This document shows, piece after piece, positions 21,743 through 36,161 of a stretch of DNA of 64,000 bases; position 1 is the stretch's first letter, and each line of letters begins with the position of its first letter. The stretch is from Monocercomonoides exilis PA203 (taxonomy: Eukaryota; Protista; Preaxostyla), in the NCBI GenBank assembly GCA_001643675.2, contig LSRY02000015.1, positions 248,001-312,000 of the forward strand, read 5' to 3'. The translations under genes were made by a program, and so were the position numbers. Under the pieces are notes generated by a model. That model was not told where the DNA came from, ran no database searches, and was given only the letters and a program-made list of their open reading frames with translations.

Positions 21743-22073
21743 ACATACAAAAAAAATATTTAATCAAACTTTTTCTGCAATCTTATCGTAATAAGTCATG
21801 CATCATCTTGCAAAAATGCATATATTAAAATTAAAAAATAAGAAAAAGTGTTTGTGAATATTTATTCGCAAGAAAATTCAAAAATTGAAAAATTTGGTCT
21901 TTTAAGAATTTTTTAATAACATTAAAAAATTTTTTTAATTTATCAGTTTCTTATATATGTTCTCATTTACCATAATAAATACTTTATCAGTTATAAATTC
22001 TTTCAGTTGAAAATCTTCTCCCATTATTTTATTTTATTTAATCAGAATTGAGTTTTTTTAATTATTTGGTTCA

Positions 22074-23892
22074 ATGGCTGAGCATAAGCACACTATTCAT
22101 ACCAATAAGACAATACAACCATCTCCGACTGGTGCATATTATCATTTGTTTTGGGCCCCTCCTCCCGGAGAACAATTTCCATTAACAAAGATTAAACAGC
22201 TTTCAGCGTTTTTGTCAAATGTTAATCTGGAAGTTATTGTTTTGGAAAAGTGGATATGTGGGAAAACAAAAGATGGTCAGGATATAGTTTATCTTTTGGT
22301 TTGTAATTGAATTCGAATTCTTTGAAATCTACTAAAAATTTCAGATTTCTGACGATACAGGTAGCTGTCATTTAAAAGTGATTGGAAGCGAAGCGGAATC
22401 TATTATTCCATCCGAGATTTTGAGATTAACAGCAGTATCAGTTTCATTCTTCTTAGGATCGATGATTCTATCAAAAACTCGCCAGTCCAAAATGGAAAGA
22501 ATAGGATCTTTTGCTTTATTGTTTGTTCATATTCCAAATATATCTTTATTTGAGTGGACTAATGAAAGAGGAGAGAGGCTGCATTCTGGAAGCAAAGCGA
22601 GAACAGCCAATTTTGATTACGATTCAACACTATGTTGCAACCAAAATTCAACATTTCTTTCTTCAAGTCTAAATGCAGTTCCTCCTTCAATGCGCGAAAA
22701 ATATAAAAGAAATGCAGACATGGCCCTTATTACCAGAAAGGAAGAATTGAGAAGGATGGCCGACAGTGTTATGATCAGTAAACCTTCAAATTTAAATCAA
22801 CGCACTTCGCAAAGTTTGCAATTCAGTTCAGACAGGCCACATTCCTCGCTTAAAGTTTCTCCTCCTAATTCATCTGCATTTAATCCATCATTATTTTTGC
22901 CTTCTTCATCGGGATCTGTTCAGTCTTACAAACCTGTTGCTCATCCAACATCTTCTCATTCTTCTTCGTCCTCGTCTTCTTCGTCAACTCTTCCAATGCC
23001 AACGCAATTCACGTCTTCGCAACAGGCGCTGCTGCCACCGGTGATTGCAGCCCCAATTCTGTCTTTGCCTTCTCAGCCAGCTGCAATGCCCGCTGATTCA
23101 TCTTCGGCTTCATCCAAAGAACTTGCTTCTTCTTCTTCTTCTTCTTCTTCTTTATTTCCTTCTCGCCATTCGTCAACTCCTCCTGCTTCAAATTTCACCT
23201 ACAATCCTTCTCACACGCCTTCTTTGCCATCATCCTCTGGCTCTCAACATAATGCCTTGTCAGACACTTCTCCCTCCTCACTTCCTTACCAGCCAGCAAA
23301 CTCATTCAAATACACGCCTTCCTCTTCTTCTCCATCTTCTTCCTCTTCCTCCTCCTCTTCTTCTTTATCATCTTCGTCATCATCATCCCGCGGAACTTCT
23401 CCATCTTCTTCCTCTTCCTCTTCCTCTTCTTCACCCTCTTTTCCATCATCATCTTCTTCTTCTCAATTTTTTCAGTATCGTCCATCCTCTTCCTCTTCAT
23501 CAGCTTCCGCTTCACTGCCATCTTCAAACACTTTTCGCCCTTCATCGCAAGAGCACCATTCACACAGCAGCGACCACTCGCTCAATTATCGCTCTCTTTC
23601 TCCGCATTCTGCCCCCTCTTCGTCGATGCATTACTCATCATCTGCCTTGCTGCCTTCATACAATTCTTCTTTGCCTCCTTCATCTTCGTACAGTTCTCAT
23701 TCTTCTTTGCCTCGCACTCCGCAGTCATCAATGCCTTCTTATTCCTCTCACATGCAAGCAGAACAGTCCCACCATCATTCAAGATCTCCACAAAGGGCTT
23801 ATGGCCAGTCGTCTTCTCGCCATTTTGGTTCATCTTCAATACCACAAAACCCAAGAGATTATGAATCAAATAGAAGGGATCATAGAAGGTGA
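22074..23892 (+). CDS. SOSS complex subunit B (hSSB1/NABP-like) OB-fold ssDNA-binding protein with long Ser/Pro-rich tail
   Basis: Exon 22074-22298, 46-nt GT-AG intron 22299-22344, exon 2 in frame. NVNLEVIVLE..KTKDG..ISDDTGS..IIPSEILRLT..KMERIGSF..PNIS follows the hSSB1 OB-fold pattern. Confidence 0.8.
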
Positions 23893-24028
23893 TTTACTCA
23901 TTAAATTATTATTTTCGTATTATTTTAATTATTTTTCTAAAAATATTGATAATTTTTTTCAAATGAAATGGAATTTAAAAGTTTTTTGAAAAAATTAAAC
24001 TTTGATCTTAGCCTTAATAATAAATGAA

Positions 24029-24661
24029 ATGAGTCAACTATTTTTTGAACCGAGTATATCTCGGCTGCCAAAGTTTACAATTACCACTGAGAAAAAGGAA
24101 TTTGATAATCTGGATATTTTAATTTTAAGCCTTGCTTATGTTTGAAATTTTGACGTCTATTTTCTCAATAATTTGGAATTATATAAACTTCAATAGTTAC
24201 TCTATAAAAATTCTGGTTCAATTAGCGCCATGAATTTTTTGGAGTTATATCTGTATTTTCTTGGAATGTTCGTTGTTATCATACGTCTATATTTTCGAAT
24301 AGTCATGGTAGTTGAAGAATCTGTCGTATTTGATTGCAGAGGAAATTTGACAATTTCATGGAAACGAAGAATTGGAATCAGATGGAAAGCAACATATAGC
24401 GTTAGGGATATTGACTATTTTTTCATTCACGAGGCAATAAAATCGAGTCAAGTGTTTTATTACATTGGAGCAAAACAAAAAGACTCGGACAAAGTCATTG
24501 TTTTATTTCCAGTTTGCATTTTTTTTATTATCTATGAATAAAATCTCATTATGTGTATTTGTTTGATTTTATTTGTAAAGCACATCACTACACCACTTCG
24601 CTTTCTTCTGCCAATCTATCACACAATTCAAAATTCTGAGTTGTTCTTGAAAAATGAATGA
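24029..24661 (+). CDS. PIGH: GPI-GlcNAc transferase subunit PIG-H/Gpi15-like (3 exons)
   Basis: TM segment, then EESVV...IHEAI..VFYYIG..VIVLFP|HITTPLRFLLPIY, the typical PIG-H domain pattern. Introns at about 24140-24225 and 24512-24580. Confidence 0.65.
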
Positions 24662-25162
24662 TGAAAAGTTGACACAATTTTATATTTACGTTGATTTACG
24701 TTTCTTTCAAAAATTTTTTAATTTATACAGTTCAACTTTTCATTTTTATGTTTTTTTTAAAAAAATAACTTATTTTTATAATTACAACAAATGACTATAC
24801 GTATAATTTTCCATTTTTATTCATTTGAATGAATATAAGAGTCCATTCAAGAATTCACTCTTTTATTCCTCATTTATTTTTTTAGGGAGAAAATGTTTTT
24901 TTGTTGTGAATTGTGATAATCTTTTTTTCACAAATACTTAGATACTTTCCTATTTCTATTTTTATCTTTAATAGTTATGATTACACTTTCTGTGCTGAGA
25001 TGGAAACAAATTTGTTTCCCATTTTATTATCCTTGAAATAACTTTCACATTCAACTGAAAATAAAACAAATTTTGCGAACAAACACAAACAAAAACAATA
25101 ATTATTACATATTTCTTTATACTAATTAATATTCTTCACATTTAAATTGTTGATTGTATTGA

Positions 25163-28100
25163 ATGGACAGTGAATATAGTGTTTGCTTGTATTTTTTGGC
25201 ATATTTCATGTAGTAGTTTCTTTAAGAAATCATCTATCGTTCTATTGGAACAAGCTATATCAAATCCTTATGATGATACTAACGTAGAAACAATTCGCTC
25301 TTTTCGAAATTCTTTGTTGGAAGGTTTTCACAATTTTTTTATTCATTGATAAGTTATTTCTTTTTGTTTTTTCAAGAATCAAAATCACTTGACATCGTAT
25401 TCGAGACAAATCTTATTTCTACGCTTATCAAAGCTATTAAAATGCAACCACCGCATCCACTTCAACTCGAATTGGAATTCATTATTTTTGCAATTCACAT
25501 TCGTACAATTGGAAACGAAAAATCACCGCAATTGTCGAGCATTATCAATCATCTTATGTCTGTTCACAATGTATGATTTGTGTTTTTTTTTTTTATTTTC
25601 TGTTTATATCCAAAAAAACTGTTGAAGGGAACATACACACCTTCTCCAGGTCAAGAAATGAAAAAGCCGAAAACAACAAATGACATTATTGCGATCTTGT
25701 GGTTTGCGCTGAAATATTTCACAGCATTTTATTTTAAATTTTCTCTGTATTGTATTTTAATGTGCATTTGCATCTTTAGTGAAGGGAATGCAAAAGACGT
25801 TGGAGATCAGCTCATTTCACTGCGAAATTTACTAATAAGCCATCCACAAAAGAGTAAAAAGTTTATATCAAAGGGCTTGTTTGATGCACTTGCTTATCAT
25901 TTGCAAGAATCATCTGTAGAAGTGAAAATTGAAGTTCTCAGATTGATTGCAAACTTATCATTGAACGAAGCATGCGCGGAGAAAATGATGGCAGACCGGG
26001 TAATAAAAGGCACAGATCTTGTCCAGCAAGCTCTCCTTCTTGACGTTATGACTGCAGCCCGTCAGTTCCTTGGCCTTGACGAAGACCAATACGAAGCGAA
26101 ATGGTATTCGGAAGCAAGCTCACTTCGAAACATGCCAAACATTTCGCGCTCAATCAGCTTCGATGCAGCAATTAGCAGCGCGTCTGTGCTATTCAACTTG
26201 AGCCACACGGCTCCGTATCCGCTTGCAGAGCAGCTCTTACAAGGCCAGTTCTGCATGATGGAGTTTATCGGAGCTGCGCTTCGATCGCTCCTTTCGAAGA
26301 GAAGCGTCTGCAATCGCTCTCTCTCCACACAGATGGACATGCTGCTGTCTCTTCTGCTGGGCACACTGGAGAACTTCATGTGGACCGGCTCGCTGCGCGC
26401 GAGAGAGGCAGAACGAGAGCGCCGACTGCAGCTCGATGCAGAAGAAGTGGCAGGCACGCCGCTGATTGGAACGTCCTTCCGCAGGTCAGCGTCGATTCTC
26501 ACGTCGACGACACGATTGTTCTCTGCTCGCCATCCGTTTGCCTTTGCGCTGGAGTCATCGGGCTGTCTGGAGGCAGTCAAAAACATCGTGTCGGAGGTTG
26601 CTATTTCAAAGCAGTCTGAACGAATTTCTGGTTATTCCAACGCAGCAAACGCTTTCCCGTCTCAAACGCACGCTGAAATATCTGCAGTCATTTTGTGCTT
26701 TGCATCACAAGGGGCGACGCTGCCGCAGCAGATTTCAAGTGAAATCTGCTCTTTTCTGTGCGACTTGTTCAGAACTTGTCGAAGTTCTGTTATTCCGCGC
26801 GTTTTGGACGCTGTGATGGTTGCATCTTCGCAGATCGGTATGTGAATTCTTTGAAAAGTTGACTTGAAGAAAAAAAAAAGTAGAAGAAAAGAAAAAGAAA
26901 TGATGGTGATTAATTTGAGCATTGCGTTTTGAAAATATATATGCGCATTTGTTTCTGTTTCTTGCTTGAATGTCGATGCGAATCAGCACAATAGATCGTT
27001 GCACAAACTTGCACGCACAAATAAAAATTCATCTTATTTTGCACAAATTTTGTGTGAATTCTCACAATTAATGAGTTTTGTGTGTGTGTGCTGAGTGTGC
27101 CGATGTCTATTGGTTGCATCGTGTTCAACAGAATCGCAGAATCTCTGGGACCAATTGTTCTCAACTCGATTTTTTCCTTTTCTTTCTTTCTTTCTCTTTT
27201 TATTTTTTTGTGAATAACAAAAAATAAAAACGGAGAGAGAAAGAAAGAGAGAGAGAAAATTTGAGAGTTGTAATTTGCAATTGATTGGATTTTCTGGCTT
27301 TATTTTTTTCTGGTGCTGCTTCTGTTGTAACAGACATAAGCAATCCGAAAGCCATCCTCGTTTGTTCTGCGAAGATTGAAGCTTTCAGCTTTTGCTCCTT
27401 CTCTTTCTGTGCTTAAAATTTTATTTATTTGTTTATTTGTTTATTATTATTATTAGAAATCATAATAAGTCAATAAATAAATAAATAAATAAATAAAATG
27501 CGATTTTATCAATTTTTTTTCCGTCTTCCTTTGTCGATGAAAGCTGCCATCATTTTTTATGGCTGGTAGTTTTCGGAGGAGGAATGATGGAGGAATCGCC
27601 GCAAAGCACAGAATGACTGAAGAAGGAAAGAAAACTGAATGGCTATTGATGCTTATCTCTCTGCTTGTTGCTGTTTGGAAGTGGCAATTGTTGGCAAGTA
27701 CAACGCATCATACATCGAAATTATTTTTTTTTTATTTTATTTTATTTTTGAAATAAGTTTTAGTTCTTTTTCTGTTTTATTTCTTCTTTTTTTAAGAAAA
27801 AATAGATTTTATTTGATGTTTTAACATATTTTATGTCTTCATTATTTTTATCCGAATTATTTAATGTAATGTTTCTTGTCACATATTTCAAAATTTTTCT
27901 TCTTCAGCCAACCAAGAGGCGCTTGTTGACTCTGAAATTCTGATCTACATCTGCCAACTTATTCGGTGTGTTTCTTCTCTTTCATTACTTTTTTTTTTTC
28001 CCTTTGTAATTGCAACAGCATATTCATTCTTTTTTCATTCTTTTATTGTTTTGTGATTAAATATTTGCAACTACACTTTGTTTTATCTCATCGTTCCTTT

Positions 28101-30281
28101 TATAATCTCTATCTATCTATCTATCTTCTTTACTTATTTTATTTTTATTTCGTAACACTTTATTTCCTTCTCCTCTCCCACACATCAGCGATCCCAATCC
28201 AATCATCGTCTCTCGTGCATTAGACTGCCTGCTGATACTAACTCTGCCTTGTGTTCCTATTGTCGCTTCATTCTCGCCTTATCTCGCTCCTCCTCTGACA
28301 TTGATGCCTTCCTTCGACGTAAGACATATTCTGCAGCCTCTTTCACACCTCGATCCAATCTCATCCACTTCAACTAGCTCTTCCTCCTCCTCTTCTTCTT
28401 CCTCCTCCTCTTCCACCTCCTCTTCCTCTTCCTCTTCCTCTTCTTCTTCTTCACCAAACACACTCCTCAACCTCATCCACACCCGCATTGCAAAAGCCGT
28501 CCGAAGCGGCTGCTTCGAAATGATGGCGTCTGTCCTTCTTTCCATCGCTCCCCCGCTCTCCTTCGCTGCCGAGCCTCTTCTTTCCCCTCACCTCGCCCAC
28601 ACTTCCCACACAAACATCGTCAAAATCGTCTTCCTTGTGTCTGTCTTTATCCCTACCTACCCCGCCGGGTTCAACACCTTTGAGCACTTCATGAAATCTT
28701 CTCTGTCTTATTCTTTCTTCCTGTTCGGCTCGTTTCCTGACAGGCGCGTGCGTCTGTGTGTTGCTGCAGCCGCTGTGCAGATGCTGAGCAGAGGGGCAGT
28801 GGCTGTGAAGAGGGCGACGAAGAAGAAGATTATTGCAGCGCTTGGGACGATGCTGCTGGATGAGGTGACGCGAATGAAGATGGATGAGATGGAGAGGAAG
28901 AAGGAGGCGAATCGGAAGAAGGAGAAGATGATGCTGATGAAGATGATGACGATGAGGGAAAAGAATAGAAATTCAAGTGATTTCAATGAATCAAATGAAA
29001 AAGAAGAAGGCAAAGCCAATGAAGCCAATGAAGATAGCAAAATTAAAGAAGAAAAAGATAAAGAAAAAGAAGATGATAATGATGAAATGTTCTATGTGAT
29101 GCCTTCGCTCTACTCATACACCAATTTCGATGGGGCAGAAGCTGTTGATGTGCCGAGGACGAAGAGCAGATACGACGTGACCAGCAACGAAATGGAGGCA
29201 GTTCTGAGTGAGAAGACGATGGAGTTGTGTTTGCTGTGCTTGTTTTGGATAGCAAAAGCTGGGTGCCGACGAGCAGAGGAGGTGGAGAGGGAGATGCGGA
29301 TGGGGTGGAAGCAGAGAGAAGAGGAGGGTGGTTTGATTGAGAAGGAGCTGAAAACAAAGAAAGAATCAACAACAACACCATCTTCTTCTTCTTCTTCAGA
29401 TAGCTCGTTGAATTTACCAGCTAAAAGAACATTGATAGAAGAAGAAGTAATAAAAAGACTGAAGAAACTGGGAGAGGAAAAGGACGATGAGTTCTTCCAT
29501 TCTGAAATTACGCTGGCAGACGTGAAAAAGAAGAGAGAGAAAATAAAAGCACAATTAAATGCCAAAAAACAGCAGGAAGAAAAGGAATTGAAGCAACTTG
29601 CGACTTCTCTGTCAGAAGCGCTTGTTGATGTGTACCACGAAGACAACCCGTTTCGGCGCTTTTTTGACTCAACTGGCACGTTGAGTGCGCTGTCGCTGGT
29701 GGTGCTGCTGCAGATGGAGCAGAAGAATAGATTGGCAAGTGGAGAAGGAGAAGAGAAAGAAAAGAAGGAAAAAGAGAAAGAGAAAGAGAAAGAGAAGGAG
29801 AAGGAGAAAGAGAAAGAGAAAGAGAAAGAGAAGGAGAAGGAGAAAGAGAAAGAAAGAACAGAAGAATCACAAGTTGTGAATACAGACAATACAACCAAAC
29901 AGAATAAAATAAACAGAGAAAATCACTCCATCATATCTTCTGAGCTGTGGGGCCTGCTTCTCTACAAAAACCTGTCAGCCGCCTGGGACAGCAGCGAATG
30001 CCCAGCTGAGCTGAGAGAAGAGCACGCTTGTTGTGCGGCTGCGCTGCTGTTCAAAGGAAGGGCAATGGAAAAGCAGCTTCTTCAGAACATCATCTGCGTC
30101 TGGGAGAGAATAAGCGAAGAGTCTGGAGAAAGAGGGTGTGGGGTGGAGTTTGCTCGCAATGTGTCGATGGCGGTGAAGCATCTGGCTGAAAATCAAGGTA
30201 TGTGATGGTAAGTAGGGTTATGTGAATATTTATATATATTCATTTGAACGATTCTTTTGTGAATTAAATTTTTTTTTCTCG

Positions 30282-30312
<31 letters not shown>

Positions 30313-30550
30313 AAGTTCATCAGCAATTTTCTTAATTTATTATTTTTTCATTTTTTTTTTCATCATTCATTTATCTGCTTATTTTTCTATTGTAATCCAA
30401 TTTGCCCTGCCCAGAAAATCGCAAGTCGATGCTTGACAAATGCATCGTTCCTCTTCTCGTCTCCTTCCTTCGCATCTATCCAGAAGACGACAAAATCGCA
30501 CTCAACACACTTCAAGCTCTCAATCTCTTTGCCATTCCAGAAACAACTTT

Positions 30551-30583
<33 letters not shown>

Positions 30584-30743
30584 ATTTTCTTCCTCTTTCG
30601 TCAACCAGAAGTTCATCGCAATGTTGTTTTCACTTGATGCTTCTGATATTTTGACTCGTTTTTCGTCGGAGTGGTTTTCAACTGCAGTCAGAAAAGAGGC
30701 GCTGCTTTTGGAAAGAGCACTTTTATCTGCTCAGATGTGCTGA
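25163..30743 (+). CDS. Multi-exon armadillo/HEAT-repeat protein with Ser- and EK-rich inserts
   Basis: ARM-like segments (EVLRLIANLSLN, VLFNLSH, AVKHLAENQ|ENRKSMLDKCIVPLLVSFL). Large exons about 25780-26837, 28188-30197 and 30415-30743. Exon boundaries are approximate. Confidence 0.6.
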
Positions 30744-31265
30744 TTTCACTTGAAAATGGAAGAATTTAAATGTGTTTTTTTTCATTTTGTATTTATTCTT
30801 TAAAGTTTAAATTTATTCCTTTTTTTATAATTTTCTGTTGTTTTTAATGTTGTAAATTGGTATTTGTTTTCTTTTGCTTTTTTTTAAAGAAAAAATTTAT
30901 TTTATTTTCTCGTTTTGTAATGTTTTTATATCATTTGTTGTTCATGCAGTTGCGGATGTTTTTGAGTTAAACGGTTTTTCTTTTGTGCATGTGCTTATTT
31001 TGATATTTGGCTGAAACCAAATTCATTTATTTATTGCTTCATCATTGCGATTTTTTTTAAGAGGAAAAATAAAAATTTTTAAATAAATAAATAAATAAAT
31101 AAACTGCTCTTCAATTGCACAAAATGTGCAAGTTTTGTTTTGATGAAGCACAAAATGGAACCAATAAAAAGAATAACATGAAATGTCTATTTTTCTAATT
31201 TTTTAAAAAAAAGAAAAAAAAATCGAAAAAAATCCAATACAAACACAAAATTCAAAATGAAGTGA

Positions 31266-33615
31266 TCAGAAATTGAAGTCCGCATCATCGTCGTCGTTGT
31301 TTGCGTCATCTGCAAGTTTTGGTGTGGGTGTTGTGCTTTGCCCCCTCTTCTTTCTGACAGAGCGACGCCTGTTGGGATAAGAAATGGTCTCTGGCATTGA
31401 AGAAGGCAGTGAAGTTTCATTGTTATCATCATCGTCTATATCGAGATTGATGTTGAAAGAGGAGGAGGAAGAAGAAGAGGAAGAAGAAGAAGAGGAGGAG
31501 GAGGAGGAGGAAGAAGAAGAAGAAGAAGACTGCTGATTCCCCGCATCAATCTTTGTTTCAGGTTTGTGATTCATCCCTATAAATCCTTCATCATCGCTCT
31601 CATCATCACCAAAAAGAGCCAATTTTGAATGAGATTTCTCTTGTTGCGCAGCCAACGAGGGCGCAGGCGAGGCAGCTGGCGTGTGTGTCCGTATGCTCAT
31701 CCTCAACTTCGCCTTCAGCGCTTCCGGATCTTCCTCATCATCATCATCATCATCATCGTCATCATCTTTTTGAGCACTTTTTGCAGGTTGTGTGTTCTTA
31801 TTGGATTTATTGTTAGTTTTTGATTGTTTCGCGTTTGTTTTGCTTGCATTGCTCGTCTGTGTGTTCTTCTTCGGCTCTTCTTTCTTCTTCGGCTTTGCTT
31901 CAGTTGTTTGTGCTGCTGCTGCTGATGATAATGATGATGCTGAAGCAGAAGCAGAAGGCATCGAAGTCTGCCCAGAAACACCCGAAAACGAAGAAGTCGA
32001 AGCACTCTGCACAGGTTTCGGGGCAGAAGCAGCAGGAGGAGGAGAAGAAGAAGAAGATGCAAATGAAGAAGAAGTGGAAGAAGTAGCAGAGGCAGAAGCA
32101 GAAGAAGGCGCAATGCCTGGTGTGTTCACAGACCTCACCGACGCAACAGACGGAGTACGGGGAGGAGGAGGTGGAGGAGGCGGAGTGTTTCGAGAGAAGT
32201 CTGTTCGACTTGTTGATTGAGCAGAAGCAGAACGCGAAGACGCCTGCGCGTCGTTGAGTTGAGAGGAGGATGGAGTGGGCGATGCAGAGACAAGACGAGA
32301 AGGACGAGAAGACTGAGGCGATGTGGCTGTCTTTTGGGAAGATTGTTGCGCTCTTTCTCTTTCTCTTTCTCTTTCTCTTTCTCTCTCTTCCTCTCTCTCT
32401 CTTTCCATCTTTTGCTCTGCTTCTAATTCTCTCTTCTTTTCTTCTTCGATCATTTTTCTTTCGTCTTCCAGCCTCTTTCTGCGAACCTCCTCTTCCATTT
32501 CTCTTCTCTTTTTTTCTCGCTCTTCCCTTTCTCTCTCAAAGCGCAGCTTTCTCTCTCTTTCTTCTTCGTCAATTCTTCTTTTCCATTCAATTTCTTCTTC
32601 TTCTTCTTTCTTTCTGATTTCTTCTCTTTCTCTCTCTTTTCTCTTTTGCTCTTCCAGGTAATCCATCTTCCTCTGTTCGAGATCACGTTTTTTCAATTCT
32701 GCTTGCTTTTTCTCTTCTTTTTCCCTTTCCTCTTGAAATATTCTTTCTCGTTCCTTTTCAACCCTTCCTCTTTCCTCTCTTTCCTCTCTTTCCTCTCTTT
32801 CCTCTCTTTCTTTTGATTCTTGCTCTTGCATTTCATCAAGAATTCCAATGTTGTTTGTCGTGTCCATTCCAGAACGAGAGCGAGCAACTTGAGATGACAT
32901 CATCGAAGGAAATGATGCTTGTTGCTGTTGACTGGAATGGAAAGACGTTGGATTAGCATATGGGGTATGAAGAAGATTTTGTACTTGAAAAGAGGAGGTC
33001 TGCGGAAGTGGAGAATACAGCGATGAATGTCGAAGCCGCGAATCTGTAGGAATTGCTGTTGATTTAAATGGCGTGTTGGAGGGGAAACCTGCAGCAGGCA
33101 ATGAACGTCGCTGTGAAGCCTGTTGAGTTGAAGATCTGACTTTTGCTTGCGCCTCTGCAATCAAAGCGTTAAGACGTTCTGGACTCAGACTTCCAAGAGA
33201 TAAAAGATCAATTTGGCTTGATTGCAACAAGTTTTGTGGAGCCCCTACTGCTTTAGCAGGAGTAAATGGTGAAAGAAGTAATTGAGAATTCCTGAAATGT
33301 TTTTGTTCCAACATTGAATGCTTCTCTTTTTGCCTCTTTTCTTCTGAAAGGCATTTATCAAAATGTTCTTTAAATTGTTTGAGCTTTCGTTCCTATTTTT
33401 TTCGAAAAAATTAAAAAACAATTCATTTGCATTAATGTGAATTAGAAAAAAATTCTAACGTATTGTTTCAGAAATTGTAGCTTCTCTTCTTGACTTCTGC
33501 TCCTTTGTCTTTCTTTCAAATTCTCAAGAGGGTTTTGGCTTGATTCTTTCTGAAATTGTCTCAGTAAGAGTTGAGCTTCATTTAAATAACGTTTTCGTGG
33601 CTCTGCCATCATCAT
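31266..33615 (-). CDS. Hypothetical coiled-coil, low-complexity protein (2 exons)
   Basis: 682-aa ORF with E/R/K coiled coil, poly-P, poly-S and acidic tracts. Upstream exon 33615-33462 is joined through an intron at about 33461-33394. Confidence 0.65.
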
Positions 33616-33906
33616 CTTAAATTCCACAAAACAAGAAATCGATATAACAAATATCTATATTGAACACGACTTTATGTCAAAATATTATCTGTATTTTAAG
33701 ATATTTTTGAAAATACACAAAATTAAATTAATTATAAAAAGTTATGGTCGATAATGTTTTGATAAATTATTATCCATTGCATAATGATGAGGAGTAATTA
33801 AAAAATGTGATAGTTTCATTTGGAAATTTTCTTGTTTTTCTTTTTCACATTATTTTTCTGATCATAAACCAACGAGTTTCATTTTCCTTAAATAGGTAAT
33901 TATCAA

Positions 33907-34780
33907 ATGGGTTTGATTTTTTGTTATTATCAAAATTGAAATTAATATTTCATAATTGTTTGGAAACTCATATACAGGAATTACCAGAGACTCAATTCAC
34001 AAACGCCGTGCAACAAGCGGTAAGCAAAAGGAGTGGAGAAAAAAGAGAAAGTATGAAATTGGCCGTCCAGCTGCCATGACCCATCTTGGTGGTGTTCGCG
34101 TCCATCCAGTTAGATGCCGCGGTGGAATCATCAAGCACAGAGCTCTTCGTCTTGAAACCGGAAACTTTTCATGGGGTTCAGAAGGTGTGTTTTTCATTTT
34201 ATCTGTATTTAACATGCTTTATTTATATTTTTTCATTTGTTTAGTAACAACAAGAAAATGCAGAATTTTGAATGTTGTTTACAATGCTTCAAACAATGTT
34301 TGCATTCACTTCTTTCAAACAATAATTTCAATTGTAAATTATTTTGACTATTCAATTGTGTCAACTATTTGTTTTCTTTTTAATTTTCAGGAGCTGGTGA
34401 GAATGAAAGTTCTCGTCAAAGGATGCATTGTTGAAATCGATGCTTCACCTTTTGCGGCCTGGTATGAGAAGCACTATGGAGTCTCAATTGGAAAAAAGAA
34501 GATTTCCAAAGCACAGAAGGACAAAAAGGGAGGAAAAGAGAAAGCAGCTGAAAAGGAAACTGTGAAGAAGATGTCAGACCACCTTCATCGCAAAATGCAA
34601 CTTCGTAACAAACACAGATCACTCTCTGAAGCTCTTGCTGCCCAATTCCAGAGCGGAAGACTTCTTGCTCGCATTTCATCACGTCCAGGCCAGTGCGGAA
34701 GAGCTGACGGATACATCTTGGAAGGACCTGAACTCGAATTCTATTCCAAGAAAGTTGGAAAGAAGAAGGGTAACAAATAA
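33907..34780 (+). CDS. RPS8: 40S ribosomal protein S8 (eS8), intron-containing
   Basis: [60 protein letters not shown]. Three short GT-AG introns; TAA stop. Confidence 0.97.
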
Positions 34781-35023
34781 GTTTTATTAAATATTATTTC
34801 TGATTTTCACTTCTTGACTCTCTGGAATTCACAAAACGATATAAGAATGTGACGAAAACATTTCTTCTATTTGTTTATTCAACGAGCAATAACTAATTAT
34901 TCAAAACGAAAAAAAAAAAAGACTTAAAGGAAATGAAATGCGGAAGAGAGTGAAAATTCAAAATGTTTAGAAGAAATTTCTAAAACAACATGTTCAATAT
35001 AAAAAAAGTTGGATTTAAATATT

Positions 35024-35910
35024 TCATAATGAAGGGAGGATTGGATTAGTAGAAAGATGCTTTTTCCTTTGTACAATCATATGTTTGTACATATCAGGGA
35101 AATCTAAGAATATTAAAGTATTCAAATAAAAAACATAAAATTAATAAATAAATAAATTTCTGAAATATGCACACAAATTGCGCTGGTGAGGGTGTATACA
35201 CGAATTATAAATGGAATGCTTATGGCCACATTAAGCATATTTGGAAGTTTAATTCCAATTTCTGATGATAGAGGGATGCGCATTATGGTCTTAAAAACAA
35301 TAAATAAGTAAAGCAAACATAAATAAATAAAAAGAAATTGCAAACCATGCAGTTTGTAATTGACTCTCCTGCGAAGCCAGTGAGGTACAAAATATAAAAC
35401 GACGAATATCGAAGTGAAACAATCCATTTCGGAAGTTCTTCCGAAGCCATGTTCAAAACATGATATCCATAACGAATTATTTCGGTTATGCTCCAACTGA
35501 AAAACATCATAGGAGTCCACCAACCAACGCAATTGCTTTTTGCTATTCCCCAAACAACAAAACTAACCATCGTTCTTGACATAATTTGCACAGCATTAAT
35601 AAACCAATTAGATTTTGTAACTTTAAAAATTGCATGAACGACCTGTGTTATAGATTTTAATACTTAAATACAACTGTTCGAAAAGATATAAAATCAAACA
35701 TCCATCCACATTACTCCATGAGCAATTTGAGACCACAAAAATGGAATTTTCCAACCGTTTCTATATGAAGAATCTTGATTGAACGAAAAAACCGAAACGA
35801 TAAAAGTGATTGCCCTGAAAAAATCAAAGTGAAAAAAAAATTAGATAAAGAAAGAATATTCTTTTAAAAAAGCACAACCAAATGCAGAATAATAAAAAAT
35901 TGTAGGCCAT
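35024..35910 (-). CDS. PHS1: Very-long-chain 3-hydroxyacyl-CoA dehydratase (PHS1/HACD/PTPLA family)
   Basis: QIMSR..SWSITEIIRYGY..LRYSSFYILYLTGFAGE..FPDMYKHMIVQRKK. Several introns. Confidence 0.9.
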
Positions 35911-36161
35911 CAAATAAATTTCTTTAAGTGAAAATTTTCTCTTGCCCTTCATTTTTTATAACGAAGGTTAACGCTGAGAATTTTAAGAAAATTTTCAGAT
36001 CTTCATATATAATTAGTCATTCTTTTTATTTTTAACAAATATAAAAACTGTTAGAAATAACCAAATTCCTTTTTCAAAATATCATTTCTTCACTCGGACA
36101 AAATTTTTAATTTTTTATAGAAAAGGGTTGGATCATACATATTGCATTTTTCCAATTGAAA

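Noticed and set aside
29760-29860. GAGAAA/GAGAAG tandem array
   Set aside because: A coding microsatellite for (EK)n. There are no spacers, so it is not CRISPR-like.
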